Shown in pieces: positions 29,939 through 38,704 of a DNA stretch of 64,000 nucleotides. The stretch spans positions 595-64,594 of the forward strand of contig JBKJPN010000204.1 in the NCBI GenBank assembly GCA_046595125.1, written 5' to 3'. Position numbers and translations under genes: made by a program. The notes beneath the pieces are model-generated. The model did not search any database. It was not told the DNA's origin and saw only the letters and a list, made by a program, of their open reading frames with translations. Each line of letters begins with the position of its first letter. The first letter of the stretch is position 1. Origin of the DNA: Ferruginibacter sp. (GTDB lineage: Bacteria > Bacteroidota > Bacteroidia > Chitinophagales > Chitinophagaceae).

Positions 29939-30334
29939 ATGAAATTTGTGTTGCTTTTTATTACGCTTTCGGGAAATTATGCCGTGTTTGCACAAAATCA
30001 AACACCGCTACCTGATTCGATAGCATCGAGGCAAAATAAAAAAGTTCAAGCAAGGACAGTTATCGCTGATACGTTGGCAGTGGAAAAACCATCAATGCGT
30101 TTATATCCAAATCCAGCCGAAAATAAAGTTGAGATTAAAGTCACAGGTTTTAAGGTTGGAAATGTTGACGTTTTACTGCTGGATAATAATGGCAATGTTG
30201 TGAAAAAAGATACTCGGCAGTTATTTACTGGTAGCGAAAATATTGTTTTTATGTTTATGCAAAAACCTGGCATTTATACTTTGATGCTCAAACAAAAGAG
30301 CACAATAGTAAATGGGCGATTGATTATCCGGTAG
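29939..30334 (+). CDS. Small T9SS type A sorting-domain protein
   Basis: Signal peptide, LYPNPA, PGIYTLML, GRLIIR. Confidence 0.72.
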   Translation: MKFVLLFITLSGNYAVFAQNQTPLPDSIASRQNKKVQARTVIADTLAVEKPSMRLYPNPAENKVEIKVTGFKVGNVDVLLLDNNGNVVKKDTRQLFTGSENIVFMFMQKPGIYTLMLKQKSTIVNGRLIIR

Positions 30335-30335
30335 A

Positions 30336-30773
30336 TTACCGCCGAGATTTAAAAAAATCCTTCATCAGCTTGGCACATTCGTCTTTTAAAATGCCGCCAA
30401 CCAATTCGGTTTTGGGGTGATAAGGATTATTATTGCCGCAACATTTTCTATAACCGTTTTTCTCATCATCGGCACCATAAACAACTTTGCCAATCTTACT
30501 CCAGTACAGGGCGCCGCTGCACATCAGGCAAGGCTCCAGTGTAACGTAAAGAGTTGCGTCGGGCAAATATTTGCTGCCTAAAAAATTATAAGCGGTGGTA
30601 ATGGCTAGTATCTCTGCATGTGCAGTGCTATCATTCAACAACTCAACTTGGTTGTGTGCACGGGCGATGATGCGGTTGTTCATTACAACAACTGCACCAA
30701 CTGGCACTTCCTCATTGTCATATGCTTTTTGTGCTTCAATGAGCGCCTGCTGCATATATTGTTCATCAGTCAT
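30336..30773 (-). CDS. tadA: tRNA adenosine deaminase TadA family nucleoside deaminase
   Basis: EVPVGAVVV, TAHAEI, TLEPCLMCSGA; real start MTDEQYM at 30773. Confidence 0.88.
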   Translation of the reverse strand: MTDEQYMQQALIEAQKAYDNEEVPVGAVVVMNNRIIARAHNQVELLNDSTAHAEILAITTAYNFLGSKYLPDATLYVTLEPCLMCSGALYWSKIGKVVYGADDEKNGYRKCCGNNNPYHPKTELVGGILKDECAKLMKDFFKSRR

Positions 30774-30811
30774 AGTTGCCAATTTATTACCTTTCAGCAA
30801 ATTTAACAGTA

Positions 30812-32176
30812 ATGGAACACTTAATGCAGATGCGCCGTTTTTTCGACACTGGAAAAACAAAACCATACGCCTGGCGGAAGGAACAATTGCAAAAATTGAA
30901 AGCCTCCGTAAAGAAGTATGAAAAGGAAATTCACGATGCGCTTTATGCCGACTTGAAAAAAAGCCCCGAAGAATGCTGGGTGACAGAAACTGGTTTTTTA
31001 TTATCTGAGATAAATCAGACTTTAAAGCATTTGAAAGCCTGGATACAACCCGAACTAATGCCAACTAATCTGGTTAATCTGCCTTCAAAAAGTTATGTAT
31101 TGCAGGAGCCACTTGGTGTAGTACTAGTCATCAGTCCTTGGAATTACCCTTTTCAACTATTACTTGCACCACTCGTTGGAGCTATGGCCGCAGGTAATTG
31201 TGCAGTAATTAAATCATCTGAATTTGCACCGGCTACTTCCGCTATCATGAAAAAGATGATTGAAGAAAATTTCGACAAAGAATATATTCTGTTTGTAGAA
31301 GGAGATGGTGCAACCGTTATTCCGCATATGATGAACAATTTTACTTTTGACCATATTTTTTATACCGGCAGCACCGCCGTGGGGAAAATAATTTATAAAA
31401 TGGCAGCCGAAAGACTGGTGCCTGTTACATTGGAGTTGGGCGGTAAAAGCCCGTGCGTCGTGGAAGACGATGCAAATATTAAAGTTGCGGCCAGAAGAAT
31501 TGCGATGACAAAATTCAGCAATGCCGGGCAAATGTGCGTAGCTCCCGATTACGTGTTGGTACATGAAAGTAAGAAAGAGGACTTGATTTCGGCGTTAAAG
31601 GAAACAGTTCTTGCGTTTTTCGGCGACAAAGCAGAAGGGAGTTACAATTACGGGAAGATTATCAATGAAAAGCAGTTTAACAGGCTGGTAAGTTATCTGC
31701 AGCAGGGAAATGTTTTACATGGAGGCAGGAGCGATAAAGAAAAGCTCTTTATTGAACCTACAATTGTTGATGAGGTAAGTCTTGATTCGGATTTAATGAA
31801 AGAAGAAATTTTTGGCCCAATACTGCCAATCATTTCTTTTAAAACAAAAGAAGAAGCACTTGCAATAATTGCGAACAATAAGAACCCGTTGGCGTTTTAC
31901 GTATTTACATCAAGTAAATCAAAGGAAAAAGACTGGTTGAGCTGCGTTGCATTTGGCGGCGGCTGTGTAAATAACGCCAGCTGGCATTTAACCAACCATA
32001 GCCTACCCTTTGGTGGCAGGGGATTCAGCGGCAGTGGACAGTACCACGGCAAGTATTCATTTGATACATTCAGTCACAAAAAATCAATTATGAAAACGCC
32101 AACCTGGTTCGACCCAGCAATGAAGTATCCGCCATTTAAGGGAAAGTTGAGTTTATTTAAATGGATAATAAGGTAA
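30812..32176 (+). CDS. Aldehyde dehydrogenase (ALDH3-like)
   Basis: PWNYP, FYTGST, LELGGKSP, NAGQMC, EEIFGP. Confidence 0.93.
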   Translation: MEHLMQMRRFFDTGKTKPYAWRKEQLQKLKASVKKYEKEIHDALYADLKKSPEECWVTETGFLLSEINQTLKHLKAWIQPELMPTNLVNLPSKSYVLQEPLGVVLVISPWNYPFQLLLAPLVGAMAAGNCAVIKSSEFAPATSAIMKKMIEENFDKEYILFVEGDGATVIPHMMNNFTFDHIFYTGSTAVGKIIYKMAAERLVPVTLELGGKSPCVVEDDANIKVAARRIAMTKFSNAGQMCVAPDYVLVHESKKEDLISALKETVLAFFGDKAEGSYNYGKIINEKQFNRLVSYLQQGNVLHGGRSDKEKLFIEPTIVDEVSLDSDLMKEEIFGPILPIISFKTKEEALAIIANNKNPLAFYVFTSSKSKEKDWLSCVAFGGGCVNNASWHLTNHSLPFGGRGFSGSGQYHGKYSFDTFSHKKSIMKTPTWFDPAMKYPPFKGKLSLFKWIIR

Positions 32177-32212
32177 AAACAAAATTTGTGCATTTCGTGT
32201 TTTAGTGGAAAG

Positions 32213-32686
32213 TTTGTCCCACAAAGACGCAAAGAACACAAAGAGATTCATCATTTATATTTAATTGTATGACTGAAAATGAATTAGCAACCGTTGCAGT
32301 TGATATTTGTTACAGAATTCACACGACACTTGGACCGGGTTTACTGGAAAGTGTTTATGAGGCTGCATTTGCGCATGAGTTGAAGAAAAGGGAAATTCCG
32401 TATTTTAGACAGGCTGATATTCCAGCTTATTATGATGGCGTTTTATTGGATGTAGGATTTAGGGCTGATATTATCATGGGTGGAAAACTGTTGATTGAAT
32501 TGAAATCAGTTGAGCATTTGGAAAAAGTCCATCACAAAACCGTACTTACCTATATGCGGCTAACAGAAATTAAATTGGCGATACTGGTTAATTTTAATGT
32601 TAACCTTATTAAAGAAGGAATTCATAGAAAAATTAATGGAGAATTAGAGTAATTACTTTGTGTTCTTCGTGCCTTAGTGGGACAAA
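32213..32686. mobile_element. Putative 474-bp IR-bounded cassette carrying only the GxxExxY gene
   Basis: 31-bp inverted repeats at 32213-32243 and 32656-32686 (27/31 identical) tightly flank the ORF. Confidence 0.5.
32269..32652 (+). CDS. GxxExxY protein (PD-(D/E)XK nuclease-like)
   Basis: LGPGLLESVYE motif; RADII..LIELKSV nuclease-like residues; LVNFN. Confidence 0.92.
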   Translation: MTENELATVAVDICYRIHTTLGPGLLESVYEAAFAHELKKREIPYFRQADIPAYYDGVLLDVGFRADIIMGGKLLIELKSVEHLEKVHHKTVLTYMRLTEIKLAILVNFNVNLIKEGIHRKINGELE

Positions 32687-32692
32687 AATAAA

Positions 32693-33391
32693 ATGCCATC
32701 AAAAAAAGTATATAAAAGGTTGAAGTGGATATTTGTTATCCTTTTCTTATCGGCCATCGCATTTTATACATTTGTAGAAATATCAAACAGAAATTCAAAA
32801 AATATGACAGCGAGACAAAAAGTATTAAAAGCAGTTTATCCTGTATTTATGTGGTTAGCTGGTAAGAAAGGAAAAACTGTGAACGAACTCTCAAAAGAAA
32901 AAGCATTACCTGCTGTTTCATTTTATTCTTTAAAAGATACAGCAAACAACGGTGCTGAATTTGATTTTGAAAAATTGAAAGGCAAAAAAATAATGCTGGT
33001 GAATACAGCTTCTGATTGCGGTTTTACAGGCCAGTATGATGATTTGCAAAAACTAAGTGAGCAGTTTAAAGACAAGCTTATTGTGATTGGTTTCCCTGCC
33101 AATGATTTTAAAGAGCAGGAAAAAGGCGATGATAACGATATAGCTGAATTTTGCAGGTTAAACTTTGGCGTAACGTTTCCACTGATGAAAAAAAGCAGCG
33201 TGGTTAAAGGGTCAGAACAAAATAAAATATTTAACTGGCTTAGCGACTCCACCAAAAACGGCTGGAACAACAAGCAACCTTCCTGGAATTTTTGTAAGTA
33301 TCTTGTAGATGAAGAAGGAAGGCTGATAAACTTTTTTGGATCAACCGTTGAACCACTAGGCAAAGAAATTACCGAGGCATTAAACCGATAA
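32693..33391 (+). CDS. Glutathione peroxidase family protein with N-terminal membrane anchor
   Basis: VNTASDCGFTGQY, GFPANDF, WNFCKYLVD. Confidence 0.9.
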   Translation: MPSKKVYKRLKWIFVILFLSAIAFYTFVEISNRNSKNMTARQKVLKAVYPVFMWLAGKKGKTVNELSKEKALPAVSFYSLKDTANNGAEFDFEKLKGKKIMLVNTASDCGFTGQYDDLQKLSEQFKDKLIVIGFPANDFKEQEKGDDNDIAEFCRLNFGVTFPLMKKSSVVKGSEQNKIFNWLSDSTKNGWNNKQPSWNFCKYLVDEEGRLINFFGSTVEPLGKEITEALNR

Positions 33392-33394
33392 GTC

Positions 33395-33925
33395 ATGTTT
33401 GAGCAAAGAGACTTTAGTTTTATTCATAAATATTTTATTGCTGAAAAACAGGGAAGCCTGTTTATAGTTATTGTAGGCATTGCTGCCATTTTATTGGCTA
33501 TTGGATTTTGGTTCTTTGTAAAAACTAATCCGTTGTTATATAAAGGCGCCGCTGTTGTCTTGCTGGCCATTGGGCTTGGCCAATCAATTGTAGGGTTTAA
33601 TATTTATACGAGAACGGATAAACAGAAGTCCGACATTGCCTATAACATCGGCATGGAGCCTGCATCTTATGCAAAACACACCGAATTACCCCGTATGGAA
33701 AAAGTAATGAAGACCTTTACTGTTTACCGATGGATTGGAATTGCATTAATCATTATCGGTATTGTATTGGTATTTGTTTTTCGAACAAACCCCGACCGAG
33801 TTTTCTGGTTTGGCTTTGGTATTGCGCTGGCAGTACAGGGCGCTATTATGTTGAGTGCCGATTATTTTGCGGAAAAAAGAGGGGAGGTTTACACCGAGCA
33901 AATACGAAAAATAATCGCAGATTAA
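33395..33925 (+). CDS. Hypothetical membrane protein (about 4 TM)
   Basis: Open 176-aa frame with four hydrophobic segments, directly after the peroxidase gene. Confidence 0.7.
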   Translation: MFEQRDFSFIHKYFIAEKQGSLFIVIVGIAAILLAIGFWFFVKTNPLLYKGAAVVLLAIGLGQSIVGFNIYTRTDKQKSDIAYNIGMEPASYAKHTELPRMEKVMKTFTVYRWIGIALIIIGIVLVFVFRTNPDRVFWFGFGIALAVQGAIMLSADYFAEKRGEVYTEQIRKIIAD

Positions 33926-33987
33926 AGAATGATTGCGATGATTTCGCAGAGTCATATCAGCGAAATCTACTAATCAATTAATCAGCG

Positions 33988-35025
33988 TTACACGGGGCAT
34001 TTTTCATGATAGTTGATTAACTCTATCGGCGTTTTTTCAAATTCGTAACCAGCGTATTTACTGTTTATGATATCCAGCACTTCTACAATCTCTTCAACAG
34101 TTTCAAGCGTAACCAGTTTAAGGCGAAATTCTTTTATACCGGGTAATCCTTTTAAATAGTTGGTATAGTGTCGGCGCATTTCGTAAATGCCCACTTTGGG
34201 TCCCTTCCAGTCAAATGACTTAAGTAAATGTTTTTTGCAAACAGCAACACGGTCTTCAATGCTAGGTGAAGGCAAATGCTCGCCAGTTTTTAAGAAGTGT
34301 TTTATCTCATTAAATATCCAGGGATAGCCAATCGCCGCACGGCCAACCATAATGCCATCAACACCGTACCGGTTTTTGTATTCAAGCGTTTTTTCGGGAC
34401 TGTCGATATCGCCATTTCCAAAAATAGGTATCTGTATCCGCGGATTGTTCTTTACTTTTCCAATCAAGTCCCAATCTGCCTCACCTTTATACATTTGGCA
34501 TCTTGTTCTTCCATGTATGGCAAGCGCTTTTATGCCCACATCCTGCAGCCGTTCGGCAACTTCTTCAATATTCAGGGTATTACTGTCCCATCCAAGACGG
34601 GTTTTTACAGTAACAGGTAGTGAAGTTGATTTTACCACAGCGCTCGTCAATCTCACCATCAAATCAATATCTTTTAACACGCCTGCACCTGCACCTTTTA
34701 AGGCTACTTTTTTTACCGGGCAACCAAAATTTATATCTAACAAATCCGGATTGGTAACATCTACAATTTTAGCAGCCAGAGACAGACTTTCCTCATCGCC
34801 TCCGAATATTTGTATGCCCACCGGTTTTTCGTAATCAAATATGTCTAGTTTTTGACGGCTTTTAATGGCATCACGTATCAATCCTTCGCTGCTGATAAAT
34901 TCGGTGTACATCAAATCGGCTCCATGGTCTTTACAAACGGCACGGAATGGGGGGTCGCTTACGTCCTCCATGGGAGCAAGCAAGAGTGGAAAATCGGGTA
35001 ATTGTATAGGCCCTATGTTTGGCAT
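33988..35025 (-). CDS. dusB: tRNA dihydrouridine synthase B
   Basis: LAPMEDVSD, DINFGCP, IHGRTR, GNGDI, MVGRAAIGYPWIF. Confidence 0.94.
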   Translation of the reverse strand: MPNIGPIQLPDFPLLLAPMEDVSDPPFRAVCKDHGADLMYTEFISSEGLIRDAIKSRQKLDIFDYEKPVGIQIFGGDEESLSLAAKIVDVTNPDLLDINFGCPVKKVALKGAGAGVLKDIDLMVRLTSAVVKSTSLPVTVKTRLGWDSNTLNIEEVAERLQDVGIKALAIHGRTRCQMYKGEADWDLIGKVKNNPRIQIPIFGNGDIDSPEKTLEYKNRYGVDGIMVGRAAIGYPWIFNEIKHFLKTGEHLPSPSIEDRVAVCKKHLLKSFDWKGPKVGIYEMRRHYTNYLKGLPGIKEFRLKLVTLETVEEIVEVLDIINSKYAGYEFEKTPIELINYHEKCPV

Positions 35026-35092
35026 TTTATTTTTTAAAACTTGTAGTCATTGTATATTGCGCCTGCAAATTTACATCAAAATAGGCTTAGAT

Positions 35093-36052
35093 ATGGAATA
35101 CAGGAGCGTAAAAGGTTTGACGGGGCTGGGGCAACTGGGCATATTACTGATTTTTACCGGCGCTGGCTTTATGCTGGCAGGCGGTGTGCAGCTATTAATT
35201 GGTGCTTTTTTGGTGCCAGCTGGCCTGCCATTCGAGCAAATGCTTGAAGCTATTAACAAAGCCATGATGCTGCCCGAAAATGTTGGATCGGCCAGACTTG
35301 CCCAGGTTTTAGGTACTTTTTTCCTGTTTTTTTTGCCGGCTGTATTGTACATGATAATTTGTCACGGAAAAAACAAATTTTGGCTTGGTTTCAACAAACA
35401 TATCAATCCGCAACAGATTGTTTTAGGATTCTTTCTAATTTTTTTAGCCAATGTAATTGCTAATCCCTTGGTTGATTTAAGCAAAACATTAGCCGCCAAT
35501 TTCCCAGATTTGAATGCGTTAGGCAAGACGTTGGAGGCCGCTTACACTCAGCAGGTAACTGCACTAAGTAATTTAAAAAGCTGGGGCGAATTTGTGCTGG
35601 CCATTTTTATCATGGCTTTTTTTCCGGCTCTGTTTGAAGAAATATTTTTTCGTGGAGCGTTGCAAAATTTGCTGGAACGCTGGTGGAAAATGCCTTTGCT
35701 GGCCATAGTGGTAACATCGTTGCTGTTTAGTTTGATACATATGTCGGTGTACTTATTTTTAAGCCGGGCAATACTTGGTTTTGTTTTGGGGCTGATGTAT
35801 CAGCGCAGTAAAAACCTTTGGGTAAATATTGTTGCACACTTTTTAAATAATACGGTTGCGGTGATCCAGTTATTCTGGTTATCCAAACATCAAACTAAAA
35901 TTGAAGTAGATAAACTGGATCCTGATGTGCCGCTTTGGGGCGCTTTGATTGCTGTTGCTATTACCGGTGGCTTTTTTATTTTATTCGAAAAAGTATCCAG
36001 CAAAAACCGTAAGCAAATTGCTTTTGAAGAGCAGAACCTGCTGGAGCATTAA
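35093..36052 (+). CDS. CPBP family intramembrane glutamic endopeptidase
   Basis: EEIFFRG, FSLIH, AHFLNN motifs; multiple TMs. Confidence 0.88.
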   Translation: MEYRSVKGLTGLGQLGILLIFTGAGFMLAGGVQLLIGAFLVPAGLPFEQMLEAINKAMMLPENVGSARLAQVLGTFFLFFLPAVLYMIICHGKNKFWLGFNKHINPQQIVLGFFLIFLANVIANPLVDLSKTLAANFPDLNALGKTLEAAYTQQVTALSNLKSWGEFVLAIFIMAFFPALFEEIFFRGALQNLLERWWKMPLLAIVVTSLLFSLIHMSVYLFLSRAILGFVLGLMYQRSKNLWVNIVAHFLNNTVAVIQLFWLSKHQTKIEVDKLDPDVPLWGALIAVAITGGFFILFEKVSSKNRKQIAFEEQNLLEH

Positions 36053-36091
36053 TATTGTTACATTAGTTTCTCGATTATAAAATCAATAAAA

Positions 36092-36808
36092 TTGGCATTT
36101 AATTTTCAAACATTCAAGACAAGATCCCTAACTGCACTGCTGTTTGTGGTAGTGATGCTTACCGGACTGCTTTGGAATTTCTGGAGTTTTTTGATATTGT
36201 TTACGGTGATACATTTTGGTTGCTGGTTTGAGTTTGCGAAACTGATGAAGAAGATTTATCCCGATAGGTATTTAAAGTATTGTGTGTTTGTGCTGATTTA
36301 CATATCGCTTCCGATATTGTTGATGTTTTGTTTACAGGGAAAATCTATCCTGTTTTTTTCAGGTGATGTTTCAAATCCTTCCTGTTTTCCGGCATTCGAT
36401 GGTGCTGAACCATTTAGGTTTACTGTTTTAATTTTTGTTATTGCCGCTATTTGGATAAATGATACGATGGCTTACCTGGTTGGTTCTTTTATAGGTAAAA
36501 CTCCGCTTACCAAAATCTCACCTAAAAAAACCTGGGAAGGAACGGCAGGAGGAGCTATACTCGCTGTTGCAGTTGCAATTCTCTTTGCATGGTCAATGAA
36601 TTTGAATATCATGCATGTTTCAATTGTAACCAGCATTATTGCTGTAGCTGGCACCCTCGGCGATCTCTTCGAAAGCAAATTAAAACGTATGGCCAATGTT
36701 AAGGACAGCGGCAGTTTTATGCCCGGTCATGGTGGTTTTTTAGACCGGTTCGATTCGCTTTTATTTGCAGTGCCTGCAGTATGGGTTTATGTTTATTTCT
36801 TTTTATAG
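36092..36808 (+). CDS. cdsA: Phosphatidate cytidylyltransferase (TTG start)
   Basis: ISPKKTWEG, GDLFESKLKR, KDSG..PGHGGFLDRFDS. Confidence 0.92.
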   Translation: MAFNFQTFKTRSLTALLFVVVMLTGLLWNFWSFLILFTVIHFGCWFEFAKLMKKIYPDRYLKYCVFVLIYISLPILLMFCLQGKSILFFSGDVSNPSCFPAFDGAEPFRFTVLIFVIAAIWINDTMAYLVGSFIGKTPLTKISPKKTWEGTAGGAILAVAVAILFAWSMNLNIMHVSIVTSIIAVAGTLGDLFESKLKRMANVKDSGSFMPGHGGFLDRFDSLLFAVPAVWVYVYFFL

Positions 36809-36850
36809 TAAATAGTTTGTGCAGGAGTAATGTACTAAGTTTCAGCAACC

Positions 36851-36878
36851 AACCCATAACCCACAACCCATAACCCAT
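36851..36878 (+). repeat. Heptamer tandem array (AACCCAY)x4 upstream of the psd promoter
   Basis: aacccat aacccac aacccat aacccat; TATATTTG at 36886-36893. Confidence 0.8.
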
Positions 36879-36910
36879 AACTCTCTATATTTGCAGCTTA
36901 ATTCATAAAA

Positions 36911-37567
36911 ATGACCATACACAGAGAAGGATATAAAAGTATTGCCATCGCCACGTTGATTTTTGGAGTAATCAACCTGTCGGTATTTTATTTTTTCAGT
37001 GCATCACTGATGTGGCTTTGCGCCATTATTTTTTTTCTTACACTCGGGTTGTTATTATTCCTGATATCTTTTTTTAGAATACCAAACCGTAAACTAACCA
37101 TACAAGATGGTGTTATTGTGGCCCCTGCCGATGGCAAAGTGGTAGTAATTGAAGAAACTGTTGATGTAGAGTATTTTAAAGACAAGCGTTTGCAGGTTTC
37201 CATTTTTATGAGTCCGGCAAATGTGCATGTTAACCGCAACCCATTGGATGGTGAAGTGGTATACAATCAATACCACAAGGGAAAATATCTGGTTGCTTGG
37301 CACCCAAAATCATCTACCGATAATGAGCGCCATTCGGTAGTTATACAAAACGGCGATACCAAAGTGCTGGTAAAGCAGATTGCAGGAGCATTGGCTAAGC
37401 GCATTGAAAACTACCTACAGGTGGGCCAAAAAGTAAAACAAACAGAGGAAATGGGCTTTATTAAGTTTGGAAGCCGTGTTGATTTGCTTTTACCTGTAGG
37501 AACAAAGGTTAATGTAGAGCTGAATCAGGTTGTACAAGGCGGAGTTACCGTGATTGCAACTCTATAA
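36911..37567 (+). CDS. psd: Phosphatidylserine decarboxylase proenzyme
   Basis: APADGKVV, IFMSPANVHVNR, IKFGSRVD cleavage motif. Confidence 0.93.
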   Translation: MTIHREGYKSIAIATLIFGVINLSVFYFFSASLMWLCAIIFFLTLGLLLFLISFFRIPNRKLTIQDGVIVAPADGKVVVIEETVDVEYFKDKRLQVSIFMSPANVHVNRNPLDGEVVYNQYHKGKYLVAWHPKSSTDNERHSVVIQNGDTKVLVKQIAGALAKRIENYLQVGQKVKQTEEMGFIKFGSRVDLLLPVGTKVNVELNQVVQGGVTVIATL

Positions 37568-37644
37568 TTTAACATATTTAGTAGTTGGCGATATGCAATT
37601 TCTGCCCTACTTTTACGTTTGTAAAATTAATTAAAACATTAACC

Positions 37645-37857
37645 ATGAAAAAAGTAATTGTATTAGCTACAGCTTGTTTATTTGTTGCCGGAGTTTCTTT
37701 TGCTCATACGAGCGACAGAGGAAAAAAGAAAAAATGTGCTAAAGGAAAAACCTGCTGCACTAAAACTGCCGGTAAAGAAGGTTGTTCTAAAACTGAGAAA
37801 GATGCAACCGCCACTAAAGCTTGTTGCAAAGACAAGGCTAAGACTGTACCGATGTAA
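37645..37857 (+). CDS. Small secreted Cys/Lys-rich protein (70 aa)
   Basis: 20-aa signal peptide then 50 aa with C, CC, C, CC; followed by a terminator. Confidence 0.7.
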   Translation: MKKVIVLATACLFVAGVSFAHTSDRGKKKKCAKGKTCCTKTAGKEGCSKTEKDATATKACCKDKAKTVPM

Positions 37858-37879
37858 TTTTGGTCAATAAAATATTTCT

Positions 37880-37909
37880 AAGCCAATCCCAAACGGATTG
37901 GCTTTTTTT
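37880..37909 (+). terminator. Intrinsic terminator
   Basis: AAGCCAATCC / GGATTGGCTT then T-run. Confidence 0.82.
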
Positions 37910-37921
37910 ATGTCCGAAAGA

Positions 37922-38620
37922 TTAAAAAATCTGCTCCAGTTCCTTTAAATGTGTGATGGTATAAGTTGGTGTAGTTTGTGGCAGCGCATTTATATGGTTT
38001 ACAAATACGGTATCCATGCCGGCATCAATAGCGCCCTGTATATCAGCATGCTGGTTATCTCCAATCATAATACTTTCAGGTAAAGATGCCATGGCTTTGT
38101 TCATCGCAAAATCAAATATTTCTTTTTTGGGCTTTAGGCTGTTGCTTCCTTCTGAAGTAATTACTTCTTTAAAAAAACCATTCAATCCGCTGTTATTTAA
38201 TTTACTCCACTGTGTTTTTTCAAAACCATTGGTAATTAAATGCAGCGTATAGTTTTTCTCGGTGAGGTAATTCAATATTTCTAAAGTATGCGGAAATAAT
38301 AATTTTTTAGTAGGTAATATCTCCAGAAATTTTCCGCTCATATCACGTGCTAACAACTCGTCGGCTATTTTAAAATCCAGCATGGTACGCCACATCCGCT
38401 TCCATTTTAAATCTTCCGAACTTATCAAACCTTTGTGGTACCTATCCCAAAGCATTTCGTTGTGAAATAAATATCTGGGATAAAAATCTTCAAAGGGAAC
38501 CTCTATTTTTTTATCCAAACTAAAAATGCTGTATAATTCAAAGAGGGTTTCTTTCGCATTTGCATCAAAATCCCAAAGGGTATGGTCGAGGTCGAAAAAG
38601 AGATGTTTGTATTTTGGCAT
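37922..38620 (-). CDS. yjjG: YjjG family noncanonical pyrimidine nucleotidase (HAD)
   Basis: FDLDHTLWDF, ITNGF, KP, MIGDN..DI. Confidence 0.88.
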   Translation of the reverse strand: MPKYKHLFFDLDHTLWDFDANAKETLFELYSIFSLDKKIEVPFEDFYPRYLFHNEMLWDRYHKGLISSEDLKWKRMWRTMLDFKIADELLARDMSGKFLEILPTKKLLFPHTLEILNYLTEKNYTLHLITNGFEKTQWSKLNNSGLNGFFKEVITSEGSNSLKPKKEIFDFAMNKAMASLPESIMIGDNQHADIQGAIDAGMDTVFVNHINALPQTTPTYTITHLKELEQIF

Positions 38621-38704
38621 GAGTAAAAAGAAAATGATTTAATGTTTAATGAGCAGAGTACTAACTTTACCTGTCATTGCAAGATAACGAATTAACAAAA
38701 ACTG

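Noticed and set aside
30774-31064. 97-aa N-terminal extension of the deaminase ORF
   Set aside because: It lies antisense to the aldehyde dehydrogenase; the recognisable TadA sequence starts at MTDEQYM (30773).
32923-33396. 157-aa antisense ORF over the peroxidase gene (and similar shadows at 489-1013, 34352-34834, 51233-51661)
   Set aside because: They are fully antisense to well-supported genes and have no protein motifs.
34865-35092. N-terminal extension of the CPBP protease ORF
   Set aside because: It overlaps dusB antisense; ATG 35093 follows the intergenic region.
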